From the NCBI RefSeq assembly GCF_022539665.2, contig NC_081333.1:12214001-12278000 (forward strand): 64,000 bases of DNA, given 5' to 3'. This document shows, piece by piece, positions 46,401 to 60,400 of the stretch. Both the position numbers and the translations under genes were made by a program. The notes beneath the pieces are model-generated. The model saw only the letters and a program-made list of their open reading frames with translations. It had not been told where the DNA came from and did not search any database. This stretch comes from Daphnia carinata. Lineage: Eukaryota. Position 1 is the stretch's first letter, and each line of letters starts with the position of its first letter.

Positions 46401-49400
46401 GATTCTATAGATCCATCGACACCGCCTCTGTGAAAAAGAGAATCCTCAGCCCCTTGCGTTCCATGTGGTGTTCCAGCATAAAAAAAGGAAACTATAGTCA
46501 GTCCAGGGGACTCTCTCTGTATGGGGGGAGAGAAGCAAAAAGGGAACTGATTGCTTTTTAATTCCGTCAGCAACCAATCGAAAGAACGTACGCACACAAA
46601 AGTTTGGGGGGGGGGGGGAGAGAAATGTGTGCATCTTATCTGCATCAGCTGGAACGAGCGCGTTGCAGCCACTTGTAATAATATTCTATGAACCCTCGAG
46701 TATATATATACACGTCTGGAACTGAATTCATTTTCCCTTCACAACACGATATATCGCTAAAGGCACACAGAAATTCAACTCATCAGCATCCGATTTAGTT
46801 GCAGGCCCTTCTTTATTCCACCTGGGGTATAGACAATAATCTTGTGATATTTTTTTTCTCCCCTCAAAAAAAAAAAAAGATCTTGTTATCATCTAGCGAT
46901 GCTGAGTCACGGGGGCTATCGTGCCACTTGAACAAAAAAAATATATATATTCCGATCACGGACTCTGTATATGCCCCCAAACAGCTGACAAGGGAAAAAG
47001 AGAGGGGGCTTATTATATAATCCATCTCGACTTAATCGCCCTCATACCAGTATGTTTGTGTAACACATTTTTGGAGAACTTGTTCCAGAAAAAAAAAAAA
47101 AAAATGAATATCGTGAGTGCAGCTGTGTTTTTTGAATTATGAAAAAAAAAAATCAATCCTTCGTATATCAATTGATCCAATCTCCTTTTATTTTTTTGAC
47201 AGTGGGGATTAAATAATCCTTGGATATAAACAACGTCGCTTAGACGTGTGTAAACATTCAAACTCTTTAAACATATTTTTTAAATGAAATGAATGAAATC
47301 GTCCCATTTGTTTAATCCGGATATATTTTCTTCCGTATTCAAAAATTTTTTTAAAAATCCCTCGTATATTCACGGCCAATGAGAGTGAGAAATGATGACG
47401 TGGAAAATAAAAATGGAAATTTCTAAAATGTTCAGTTGCGTGTGCGCAAAAAAAAAAAAAAAGGAAACGCGTCTAGCGATTTATACACCCGACGATGGCG
47501 TCATGTGGGGGAGGTCACCGAGGGCGCGGAACGAATAAATGTACGACCGTTTGTTATTATTAACTAAAAAAAAATAGGGAGAAACCACACGTATTCCAAC
47601 GGCGTGAATTTTTCTTGTGTGTATACCCTTGACCGACCGCAACGGCCAGCACTCCGTGAACAACAAAGAAATTACAGCCAGTTGTGTGTGTGTGCATATA
47701 CCCCCCAATGATTTTAAATCATCTTTCTTTTTTTTTCGTCGGGACCAACTGGGAGCAGCAAAAACGGAGAGAGTTTTTTCCTGTGCGGGAGGGTTTTTTT
47801 TTTTTTTTTTTAAGTGAACCTTCTCTCCCGCGGCGTCAATTATTTCTATTTTGTATGTGTCGTTTTTCGGTTCCGCTGTGTGTGTGACGATTAAATGGGA
47901 TCGCACAATTTTCATTTTAACCGACATAAAGAGAAAGCGAATTGACCTTATTTTTTCAATGATTCATTATTTGCCAATCAACAAACGCTGTTTTCACGCA
48001 GCTCAATTTGATTTTTATCGTCACTTGTGTAAAAATGAGAATGTCGTACATTGCTCTCTGACTCGAGGAAATTGCAGTGCCATTAAGATGCCGTGTCAGA
48101 AGAAATACATCCTTTCGAAATAATATTTTAGGCTTTTAATATGGTGTCATTAATCACAGACGATTACGCCAATCCCTTGACGACCTCTGGTGTGAGATTA
48201 TCGCCATTTTCAATGTCCCAATGCAGCGGTTAATATTTTTTTATTTCTAACGGCGATTAAAGAAAAATTCCGGATAAATCCTCATGAATCATCATCTTTC
48301 TTCTACGTGCATATATTCTTTGAATATGTCGTATTGTTAATCCTGAATGTTCCCTCCTACACCCTTTCTTTTTTTCTTCATATGTATATTAACTTTTTTT
48401 TTTTCCAAAAAATAAAAAAGGAAACCTCCTTTTTCCTACAACGCACTAACCCCCCCCCCCCCCCCTGGAGGGGATAGCCATTAAGTTGGCAACCCAACAG
48501 GAAACTTGGGTTTTTCTTTCTCTCTCTCCCCCTCCGTCTGAAAACTCTGAAGAGAACCCACCCCACTCATCTTCTCTCAATCTTTTTTTTTTTCTTATTT
48601 CATAGAAACGGGCCAGTAGTATATGTGTTATTATCTATCCCTTATTTCTCCCGAAAAAAAAAAGAAACACAATGGGGTGTGTGTGTGTGTGTGTAATGTG
48701 TTTTTGTTGGGGGGGGGGGGGGGGGTTCAAAGTCTGGCTCCGCTTGGAGCGCTGCTGCCCCGCAGGTACGCACACAAAAAGCGACTGCGGGAGTTGTAGA
48801 ACTATTTCGTTCTACTACTATTCTCCCGAGTGTTTTTATTTTAATAGTCAGATGGCGTGTTTCACAAAATACGATGATACAACAGACACACACATGTTTT
48901 TTTTTTTTCCTTTTCCAGCCCCCACCTCTCCATTGTTTTCATTTTAAAAAGAAACAGCAGCGAAAAAGAAAAATACTTGACAACTACTGCATCTCCGGTT
49001 TTTTTTTTTTTATTCTTTTTCATTTTTTTCCCAACAATAATTTAAAGACATTTCTATTTTATTTTTTGAAAAGAACAAAAATTGTTGTTTAAGGTGGAAG
49101 GGCTTTTTATGGCTTCTAATTAAACGTGATGATGATGAGATCGAGCTACTATGTATAGACAACGTATCATTGCTGGAATGTCGGGAGTTTTATTTTTTTG
49201 TGAAATAATCTTTTTTTTTTTTAACTGCCCCCTCCTCACTGTTTAACGTGTACGTGTGTATACGACTAGAAAGCATTCCGAGAATCGTTTTCTGTCATTG
49301 GGAATTTATTATTATTATTGAGAATCGATGGCCATGATGAAATAGACGACAGCAGACGACGGCTTAGAAGATATACAAAAAAAAAAAAGGCCAGACAAAC

Positions 49401-50941
49401 CTGGGGGCCAGGTGCAATCAATGGTCCGGATTGTGCCAGACAAAAATCTAAAAGGGAAGGGGGATGAATAAAACATAGAAAAAAAAAAGGATTTCATATT
49501 TTGTGGGGGGAGGGCTGTTAAAAAGGAAAAAAGATGAAAGGAACGGAGAAAATGTCTAGTACTCAACAAAAAAAAAAAAAAAGAAGAAGATGACGCAGGT
49601 AGATTTCTCGTTATACTGACGTGTCAAAAGAAACTAGAAAGATGGCCCATGACGTTGCCGGTTGCAACATTTTCTTCACAATGAACATCCCGAAAGTTTA
49701 ACATCCCACACCAAAAAAGAAATGATAATATCCTGTATTGCATGCTTCGCCACCTTTTTTCCATGTAATGTTCGAAACAAATTTTCAATCCTGTACGTAA
49801 GATGATTTTCCAGGTTTTTATCTTGCAACTTCTTTCGCGACCAACGTCACATGTGTCCAATTCTTGTTGCCCTGGCATCCCCAAACCCTTTTTTTTTTTT
49901 CTTGTTCCACGTGCAGTTCTTGTTCTTTAAAAAAAGAAGCTTGTTGTAGCAATCAAACTCTCGATTCATCTCTTCTTCCTGCTGGCTGTTGTTTGTGTCT
50001 TTGGGACGAAGACCGCTGAGAAAAAGAAAATAAAAAAGGAGGGAGAATCCCCCCTCCGGCACAGCGCCATTTCGGAGCCGTCATCCATCAAAAATCATAA
50101 ATGACTCGTGTATATATATGTAGCCCACGAGGCTGAAAATATCAAATCGAGTTGTTTTTTTTTTTTTCATTCGCAATCAAGCGGCGGAGAAGAAGCCAAA
50201 CGAACGTTAGCCACAACTTTTTTTGTTGTTGTTTTGTTTACGTGATGTTGAATAGGGATCTTGATGACGCGAGTTGATTCAATGGAAAGAGAAAGAAGAA
50301 GAAAAAAAAAAGGGCTTATGGGCTGCACCCAGGCGGCGGCCATCTTGGCTTGGCGATCCCAGCGCCACCGCTATTTGCACACCCCATCATTGTGTCGCCC
50401 ATTTTGCCGACTTCAGTTGCCTACTGACTCTGTGAGAGAGAAGGTCGTTTCGAAACGCTTCTCAAGACCAAGAACAACTCAAAACATTTCCCGAGAAGAA
50501 AGGAAACATTTTTCGGCTTCTACCAACTTTTGTTTTTTTTGATTTCCTCCTTTTTTTTTTCGTTTTGTGTGTTTAAAAGGCAAAAGAAATTTAGTCTGTG
50601 GATTAATTTCAACATAACATCTAGTGATACTGTGTTCATCGTTTTTCGTGTTTCAAGTGTGTCCAACGCAGAAAATTCGTGTCTTCTTTTTTTTGTTCTT
50701 CTATTGTGTTTGTGGTTCCCAGAAAAAAAAAGTTCTTTTTTTCTGTCCTCGAGACACACGTACTACACACCCTCGACTCTCCATCCCCCGCCATAGGCCC
50801 CCATTTTTCGTGCTGTCTGGCAGCCATTTGTAAAAGAAAGAAAAAGAAGGGCCCCCAACGAGAAACGGAGAGAAAAGAAGCTCCCTAGGCACATTGGGGG
50901 AGAGAGGACTGGCATTTTAGCCTCGACATACACAATACACA

Positions 50942-53900
50942 ATGTCGGCTTTGTGTGCGTTTCCTCCATTAATTCCGGCCGGCGGAGGTGTTTATTCAGC
51001 CGGTTACATGGCTGACGTCAGCAGCAGCAATTCGAATCGCAGCAGCTCTTTCTCTGCTTATTCCAACGCGATGGCGACATCACAACAGTCTCGAATCTCT
51101 TCGGCATCTATTCCGGCTTACGGAAGCACTTTTGGTGCCTTTCACCAGCAACCAACAACGGCCGTTGGCGCTGGCAAATCGACCGTCATGAAAATGACTC
51201 AACCCGAATCCGCTTGGTCGTCACGAACAACGTCATCAACGACAGTGGATGTGCCTCCGGCTGCCAAACGACGATGCACCGATAAGATGCGTTCGACGAC
51301 GGCAGCAGTCTGGTCTGATCAACACGCTCAAATTTGGCCGTCGTCAGCCTCGTCCATTCCGTCCAGTGTTTGCCCGTCTGGTTGCACCATGTGTCACATG
51401 CAACAGCAGCAGCAGCAACAACAACAACATTATCCGTCGTTGAATGGATTCCAACAGGCGTACGATTGCAGACGGCCATTGCAAGAGAAACATCAGAATC
51501 GCGAGGAATCGTTAGTGGCCAGCAACATGGCGGCCGTTGGCCATTTGAAATCTGCAATGAAATCAGCTGATACGACGACCACCGTGCGGATGCCAAATGT
51601 CAATCGGAGCCTGTCGGTGGATCCGAAGAAGGATTATTCGGCGCCGTTGCACGTTGATTGCAGCGTTGAATACGACTTGCCACGGATCGTGCGTCCGCCA
51701 CCCGGCGCCCAGCCGCTCCTGATCCTCGCTCCTCCTCGTCCGTCTGCTGTGACGTCGTTGGCCACGCCTACTGTTGGCTATCATCCGTCGACGTGGACGA
51801 CGACGGCCAACTCGCTGTCCCATCCGCCCCAGTGGAATCACCAACAGCAGGGGGTAGGCACTCGTATCAAAAGTGACAAGCCATCCGCCGCATCCGTCAA
51901 GACTCATCCGGCAGCCATTCAGCAACAACAGAAACTCAACTCTACGAGTAAGTCATCACATTTTTTCTTTATTTTTTTCTCGGTCTTCTTATTTCATCCT
52001 CATCCGTTGGCGTACACGGATGGTTCTATGTGTGGGTGGAATCGCGTCGGGGGGTATCAGGTGATGTGGGCTCAATCTCATTTCCTCCCCCTCCTCTTTT
52101 TTATTCGGTTTTAGCTCGTATCGATTAACGCAAGGGCCTCGGAATCCATCCGCTCTCTCTCTCCTGACAAGTCATTTAATACCCTTCGTTGCCCTTCCCT
52201 CTTTTTTTTTTTATAGTATAACTCTTCTTAATGACGTTTTTTTCTTTTTTATCCGGACGCCATCTTTATCTATTTGAGAGAGAGGGATTTTTTTTGTTGT
52301 TATCCTCTTGGATATTATTGATATTCTATCAAGCGGATTAATAGCCCTCGGGGGTGGAAAGAGAGGGAGGAAAAGGTAATAATACACCAGGTAATCAACA
52401 TGGCGTAGTAGTCTGAGAATGAGGGGGAATACATGGAATCTACTTTTTTTTTTTACAACCCACATCATCCGTTCTTTCAAGTGAACATTGAGCAAAAAGT
52501 GTAATTTGTTCTCTCCACCGCCCAGACTTTCGAAATGGGGTCTTCCTGTTGAAACGACTTTTGTCAGCCATGCGAGTAATATTCCAGCAGCCGGAGCGTT
52601 CTTTTTTTTTTCATGTCGTAAAATGAAAAAAAAAAAATGTCGTTATTTGTTTCGCTATTTTTATTGCCGGACCGATTCGACGCCTTTTTTAAAACCGAAG
52701 AATTAATTTATTTTTCTTTGGTACGAAATTGCGATATTTTTATTCCGGGAGGTGAGATCCGGTCGCAAGAGTTGCAAAACTATTTATGACTGTATTGCGT
52801 TATTATCTTTTTTTTTAAAAAAAAATGTTCGAATTCCATTTCTTTTTGAAATGATTTTTTTTTTTTGCTATTTTTTCGTCTGTGCTATGCTTGGATTCCG
52901 GTCATGCGGATGCATTCCAGAATTTTCTCATTTCCCTTTCTTTGTCCGAGGCATCCTCACAATTTTTTTATATTCGAATGAATATCGCTGAAGCGGAAGA
53001 ATGCTTAAGATTCTCTAGATTTCTATTCGAGCCATTCTTTTTATTTCTCCATTCTTTTTCGAGAAGAAGAAAAAACGATTCTAAGAAATTAATTGGTTCT
53101 CTCGTCTTTGATTGTTCGAACTTCCAATCCGTTTCCTATTTAGCAGCAGCATGTCTCTCTGAAATTTCTCTTCCGGTTGAATTCGTCTCAAAATTATTCA
53201 ATTTTTTAATTGCCTCACTTCACAATGTCTCATCAAAAAAGGAAGGCTTCACACACAAAAGACAATTGCAGTTTGGGAAAACGATTGGCCCTGAAGGTAG
53301 TAAAAAGACACGGCCATTGTTTCAGAAAAAAAAATGTTGTTCACGACTATCACGTTGGAGTTGCAATCCAGTGGCCAAAAGGAACGTTCTTTGTCGTCTA
53401 TTATTACATTGACATCGTGTCGTCATAATGGACATCCCCCCCTCCTCCCTTTTTTTGTATGTAAGGGAATAAAATCCGGCCGGATTCTCTTTTTTCTGTA
53501 TTATTAAAAAACATTTGAATGGCTTTTGGCTCTTTTTTTTCTATACAAAATGGAAAGAGAGGGGAGAGACTCAGGAATAGCTTTTGTAGAATCTTCCATC
53601 CGTCTTGGATGGATGAAAAGATAGCCTCTCTACCCCCCTCCATCCGCTCCAGTGACGTCAACCAATGGCCGACATTTTGACGATCCGCCCACCCCAATCT
53701 CTCTCTCTCTTGTCACAATCTCCTTTTCCTTGTTCTCTTTCCTTGTGAATGCGTCGAGACTTGACAGGATGGAATAGAATAGATAAATAGAATATGTCGT
53801 ACATTTTGCTTTCATTCTATAGTTGTTTTTTTTTGTGGAAAAAAATATCGAATTTTTTCTTTTGCTGACGGTCCGTTTCTCTCTCTCTCTCTGTGCGTGT

Positions 53901-54472
53901 GTGCCATAGTTTCAGGTGCCATCCGGAATTCCACCGGTGGAGGAGTTCCATGCGGATGCCCGTCTTGTTGTTTGGCGGCTCGTCCCGGTCCTCCTCCCAA
54001 TGTTTATGCGGGGCCAACGGGCGGCGGCGGCGGCGCGGGTTGGATGAACCAACATTGGAGTCCTCCGGCCGGCGCCACCGCCTCTTCCGCCGGATTCAAT
54101 TACGCCCCACCACAACAGCAACAACAGCAGCAACAACAACAACAACAGCCCACTTACCAGATGGCCGCTTTTCACAATATCGATCCGCAACAGCAACAAC
54201 CGCAACCGCAGACGGTGATCAATAGGCGCCGGAAGCGTTCACCCGAAGTGATTCCATCGTCTGGTGGTGGCATGTCTACCACGTCCGATAAAATGCAGCG
54301 ACTCTATTCGACGGCCCAATGGATGCCGAATCCATCGTCGATTCAGGCCGCGGCCGAAGCGGCTTTTGTGGCCGCTGCAGCCGCTGCTGCGGCCGCCGCA
54401 AGTCACCGTTACGTCACGTCCTCACCAGCCTGGATGCATGCATCCGCTCAGCCTCTCAAGTTTCACTGCTGA
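50942..54472 (+). CDS. Uncharacterised Gln/Ser/Ala-rich protein, paralog B (~520 aa)
   Basis: Exon 1 50942-51947 (acga|gtaagt, phase 1) joins in frame to exon 2 starting at 53910 or 53916 and ending at 54472. Core LSVDPKKDYSAPLHVDCSVEYDLPRIVRPPPGAQPLLILA; polyQ and polyA tracts. Confidence 0.85.
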
Positions 54473-57400
54473 AAAAACAACAATGTTTTGATGGAATCGC
54501 CATTCCCTTTTTTTCACCCGACCATATTTTTTTTTCTTTTGTTAGGCGGCCGCCATGTTTTTTTTTTCTTTGTCAGCGACGTTTTTCCTCAGAAAACAAA
54601 ACAAAAAAAAAATAGTTTTTTTTTTTTCAAAATCAAAGGCTGATTACTGTGTTAGTTGGTTTCTCTTTCAATGTGATGCTTATTCCGTTTTTTTTTTCAT
54701 TCTTTTTTTTCAAAACTTTTTAATTCCTTGAAACACGCCCCGTTTTACCCAAACACTTCGGATTCCCGCATCAGTTTTTTTTTTTAAATATGTGTGTTTG
54801 TGCGTGTGTGTGTTATCCTTGTCGTCCATCAGCAATCCAGCGTCATCGAATCATCCTACCCTCATTTTTTTTTTTTTTTTTTAAAGAACCCATATTTTTT
54901 TTTTCTCTCGTGTGTTTTATCGTCCACTAGTTTGTGAGGGTAGGAATCAAGAGGAAAATTTTGTTTTTGGATTTTCGGCGCTGGATTTGTCATTTTCATT
55001 CACGAAAAAAAAAAAAAGAAGTGGGAGAAAACGACAACATTCTTTTTCCGTTTCCCTGTTTTGTGTGTGTATGAAACGAAACAAGCGAAAATCCCTTTCC
55101 GGCTTGTGTCCGATTGTTATAGGCTCATTTGTCAACGCGAAAATGGCGGCCTACACACACACACGACAGACGTGAAACTCTAAAAAAAAAAAAAAAAAAA
55201 AGGGAAAAAAAAAACTTTATATCTCTGACGTGCCTCTTCTATACATAACATACTACAATTTTTACCACATAGGTCTATATATACATAAATATATATATCT
55301 ATATATCTATTTTCGAATGTTTTCAAAAAAAAGGAAACCCATTTTTAGTCGAGTTGTAAAAACTGGAGAAAAAAAAACAAATTTGGACGACTCGTTTCTT
55401 TTTTCCCCGTCGTTGTTTCTCATTTCCTTGTCGTCATCCTACTTTCCACCCCACGTTTTTTTTTTTTTGTCTTTTGATTCACGCATATTTATGAGTTTGA
55501 ATGTTGCATAGGAAAACGCGGGCTGGCATTCAGCTACGCTGTCTTTTTTTTTTCCCCGTGTGTGTGTGTGACTTTTTGTGTGTGTATGACGAAAAAATAA
55601 TTTTTTTTTTTTTTTCGGATCCTTTTGCTAGTCCTTTGAATTTTACACGCCATCTTTTCTCACCTGGAATGAGGAGGGATGCACCCCCCCATGTTATTTT
55701 CTGATGTCACACGCGTTTTCTTCTTTCCCTCTTTTTTATTGTTTGATCCTCAGGGGCCGTGTATTTTTGGATGTGTTCGGTCGTCTTTTTTTTTTTTGTT
55801 TTTTTAATGCGATTGCAGTATTCGTTTTTGTTTTTTTTTGACGAAGACAGTCTTCCTGTTCGATCAGTTGAACCTCCTTGTATGTTTTCCCTTTTTCTTT
55901 TTTGAAATGTAGGAGATGCAAAAAAAATTGACAACAGAAAAAGAAAAATGGGTTCATCGAACGTGCGGGCAAAGTCACGTGACTAGTCGCATTTCCCCTC
56001 CCCCTTTCCTTAAACGGAACACACACACACACACACACGCTGGAAAAAAAAAGTCTTTTACACACGGAAATGGAGGGAAATATTTTTAGCCTTTAAATAT
56101 AAAAGAAATTCCTAAAAATTAACAAAAAAAATATAATTTTTTCTTTTTTTCTGATATGGTCACGATGGATTTTGCTCCTTTCCGATACATCATTTTCAAT
56201 AGCGCTTATATTTTCATTTGTCCCCCCCCCTCTCTCTGTGTCGTTGTAAAATCAATCAATTTGTGCTTGTAACTGTGATATATTAAAAAAGAAAGAATTG
56301 ATCGAGTTTTTTTTTTTTGCTGGATTGGCCCCCCCCCTCCCTCATCTCTTGTGTGTGTGTGTGTGTGTATGTGAATTAAACAAAAAACACTACATCTTTA
56401 ATATGGATCATACACGATTATTTTTCATGTCAAGAGACGCTTTTTTTAATTTCTTAAAAAAAAAAAAAAAAAATGGGGCAACATCTTTGCGATACAGTGA
56501 CTCTCTTTGAAACAATGTGTACACACGAGTGCAGTCTCTCTTAGTAACTGAATTTTTGTTGGCAAAAGGAATAGGGCGAGGTCTGATAACGCAGTGGACA
56601 AGGGTCACATATAGTCTCTCGACACGATAATGTTTCTGAGGCGGGGGAAAAAGAAAAGATTGTGAAAGTCATTAGCGATGCAGTGCCACTTGAAAGCTGT
56701 CTACGTCTGCAAAAGGATAAATAAAGGTGGTAGATCAACACACGGTCTATAGAAAATGTGGCACCGCGCCCTATTTTCTTATTTTTGCCACCCAGGTGCT
56801 ATTTGTTGAAAACACGTCGAGTTCTTTTTTTTTTTTTTTTTTTTGGAGAAAACATTTTTTTCCAGCAGGGTCGTCGAACACATGGACTTGCTAATGAAAG
56901 ACACAGCCGATTTCAAACACACACACAAAAAAAAAACATTGGCTGCATAAGGTAAAAAAAAATAATTGAATTTAAAAAGAAAAATGAAATTTTTTTTTTT
57001 TTTTTTTCCAAAAAACTTCCGGCTGTTTTGGAATTGATGTGCGTGTGTGTGCGGAATTCCAGATGGACTGCTGGAACAACGGGAAGAATTAGGTTATTCA
57101 TCAACTTGTGTGTAGGGTTTCTCCGGGTTCTTATTTATACATCCCCTTTTTCGGAAAACAAACAAAGTAGAGATAGACACAAAGACTTTTTCTTTTTTTT
57201 TGTGCGGAAAATTCTCCAGTAAAAAAACAAAAAAAAAAAAAAACAAACAAAAGTTTCGTCGCTAACACGCAAGCTGAATCGATCAATATCTCGGTGACAA
57301 ACAACCCTCCTCCACGTCTTATGGCTCGATCTTATCATCCGCAGCCCCTGGTCATTTTCTCTTTAGGTTTAAGAAAAGGGGAAGTTGATCGAAAATGATG

Positions 57401-60400
57401 TCCTTCCATCGTTTGGAACAATTGAGGAAATGTAATTTTTTTTCTCAAAAAAAAAAAAAGTGAGGACAAAACGTGTAAAAATGTTGTTTCAAAGATGCAA
57501 ATCAATGGACGTCTTTTTTTATGTCTTTACAATATAAGGAAGTAGCTCATTAAAAATCCAGCTGAATAAGGAAGAAAATGATTCGTCTCTTTCTCTGTAT
57601 ATTATTTATCTGATTGGGTGTACCGTTCCCTCTCTCTCTTCCGTCTGTGTATACGCAAGAGTGGCGGCGGCGAGATTGAATGAAATTCAGTTAGTTGCAT
57701 CGCCTCCAGCGCCGTTTCTCTGTTCCATCCACTAACCCTCCCAAACATGGTCGTGTATTTTTTTTTTTTTTTTTTCAATTCGTTATCAAAAACAACAATA
57801 GACGTTTTAAATCTTTTTTAAAAGAAAGAAAAAATAATGTTAAAACAAACGAAATTGTTAAGAAACATTGGTGAATATTTGTTACATCATTCACGCACAC
57901 ACCAAACGTATTTCTTTCAAAAGATTGTGCTCATCCACTTGTACTTTTTCCAGGCGTATCTCTTTTTGTGTTCCGACTGCGAAAGAGGAAGGGGAGTGTA
58001 CATAGCAGATGCCCTTTTTTTTTCAATGTGTCAAAGAAACTTATTGTATACGTTACGACCTCCCCCCCCCTAAAGTCCGATTGAGAGAGGATCTCTGTTT
58101 AGTGTCCTAAAACTTGATGGATTTTCCATTTGAAAAAAAAAATACCAAGTTGATTCAATTGGTTTCATTTTTTTTTTAAATGTTTCCTCGTTTTCTAATT
58201 TTCTTTACAACATCATGAAAAGAGAGATTCTATCCAAACTTTCCACAATTAACGTACATACACACTTCATACAGCAATTAAAAGTTATACGATCTCTGAA
58301 AACGTAGGCCATTTTCTTTGACTGAAACGACACGTACCCGGTAAACTTTGCGCTAAATGTCGTCCCACCTGCTAATAGACTTAAAAATTAAGTTGGATGA
58401 ACACGTACGTTTTTCTCGAAAATTGTAACTGTGTGTGTGAGACACAAAGACTTCAACCTTAACCTCCGCAATGTCACGTCTGCTGTTGTAATCACCTTTG
58501 TCACTCGGCACCAACTTGTAGTGATTCTTGACGTCTCTCATTTCCTGCTTCAACAATGTCCGCTCATTTTTCTCCAAAAATTAAATTTGGATTTCAAACA
58601 TTTGATTCCGACAGCTGCGAATGAAGTTTATCTAAGAGTTTGGACGATTGATCGTGATCGATTGCTTAGAAACCGGTTATGTGGGAGGGAATAAAAAGCA
58701 AAGTTTTTCATGTTCCATCTTTTTGAATTTCTTTTTTTAAATAGACAGAAAAAAAAAAGTGATCTCCATTTTGTGTGTAGAATTTCCTGAGAATTTCCAG
58801 CTGGATAATTCCGTACCACAGCCTCTCTCTTCTCACATAACACGCATTGAACAGCAGTGTGTGCACAAAGGAGAGAACCTAGCAGCTCGTGTGATCCGTG
58901 AAGCATATCAACATGGTTCAAATATCCTCAACGCACACTATGTGAGTATACCCTCCCCCGAAGAAGCCTCTTGTATATATCCCCCTCTCCGCTTCTTCTT
59001 TTTTTTTTTTGGGTGTGTCTGTTGTACACAACTTTTTTTTTTTCCACTCGCCCTTTATGTACATAAAAGACTTGCTAGAAAATAAGGGACAGCAAAACTT
59101 GTATAATATTGATGTATTATATGTATTAGATATGAGGAAAATAACAAGTTATATAAAACCGGTTTTTTACTCTTGTCGATCTTGTTTTGGATTCTTCCGG
59201 CTAAGGAAAAACATGATTGTTGCCTTTCAGGTGATTTTCAATCTCCTATTTTTTTTTTTAGATAGGAAAAACAAAAAAAAAAAGAGTTCAAATTGGACGT
59301 GACATTTATAAAACATCCGATACGTCTTTTAAAAGATTTGGTACGATGCCAAGTCATCCCACTTTTTATACACTGATTCAAAACCTTTGCTTTCAAATTT
59401 GTTCAAGACCTTGCGATTTCTTTTAAAAACAACCAACGTTTTTTTTTCATAACAAAAGGTTGTTAAACAAAAGAATTTTGGACATTCTTTTCTCATTCGT
59501 CATCTTCGTCACAGTGGCCTGGCTATTATTATTTAAGTATTCCACGTTTGCGAGCCGATCCTCACGTCTGGCGTCGGTGGCTGGCAAATATTGAAAGTCT
59601 GAAAAAAGGGCGAGTGTGTGTATATCTTTTAAAGACAAGACACATGGCCAGCTAAAAAAAAAAAAAAAGGGCCTGCGAAAGAAATACAAGATATATAAAT
59701 ACACCGACAGAGCGTTAAAGAAATGGAGGAGGTTGACAATGGCCAGACTCTTTGTTTGTCAGCTGCCAGCAGTTGTATAGCCGAGTCTGAGTGAGGGAGA
59801 GAGCCATTACTAACGACCAGAGCAAATCTTGGAAAGCTTTGCTAGGGGTCCCCCTTCCCTTTTTTTTGTGTGTGCCTGGAACAAGAGACGATGGGGGCCC
59901 CAGCATCAGAAGTTTTCGGGGGAGGTGGACTGTGACACTGGCACATTGCAGACGGGGGTTAGTGGTAGGGGGTAGTAGAATATATATATTTTTTGAAATC
60001 AGACAGAATCTCTAGCGATAGGGGAAGGGCTCAATCACACACTCACGCGACCGTGAAACACAAAAAAAAAAAAACACATCCCTCTGGCATCTAACGTTTT
60101 TTTTTTAATGCGAAAATCTTTTTAAACGTATTTCATATTGACAATGTAACACAATTTTTTTTTTCGGCCAATAGGAAAACATCTTGTATGTGTGGTCCAG
60201 TAGATGATTCTTCCGCACGTTGGTTCTTTGATATTTCCGGAAGAACCTTTTTTTTTATTTTTTAAAGGGACGTACAAATTCCTGCCGGATGAATAGAGAC
60301 AAAAAAAAAAAGAGTCTCTTGACGGACGACTAGACCCGCAGCGTTTTATTACTTTCTACATATCAAAGATGTTGGGAGGGGGGGGGATCTTTGTTCGAGG

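Noticed and set aside
40500..50900. Additional genes or clustered hypoxia response elements between the paralogs
   Set aside because: The ORFs look spurious, and RCGTG hits are scattered with no clear enrichment visible by eye.
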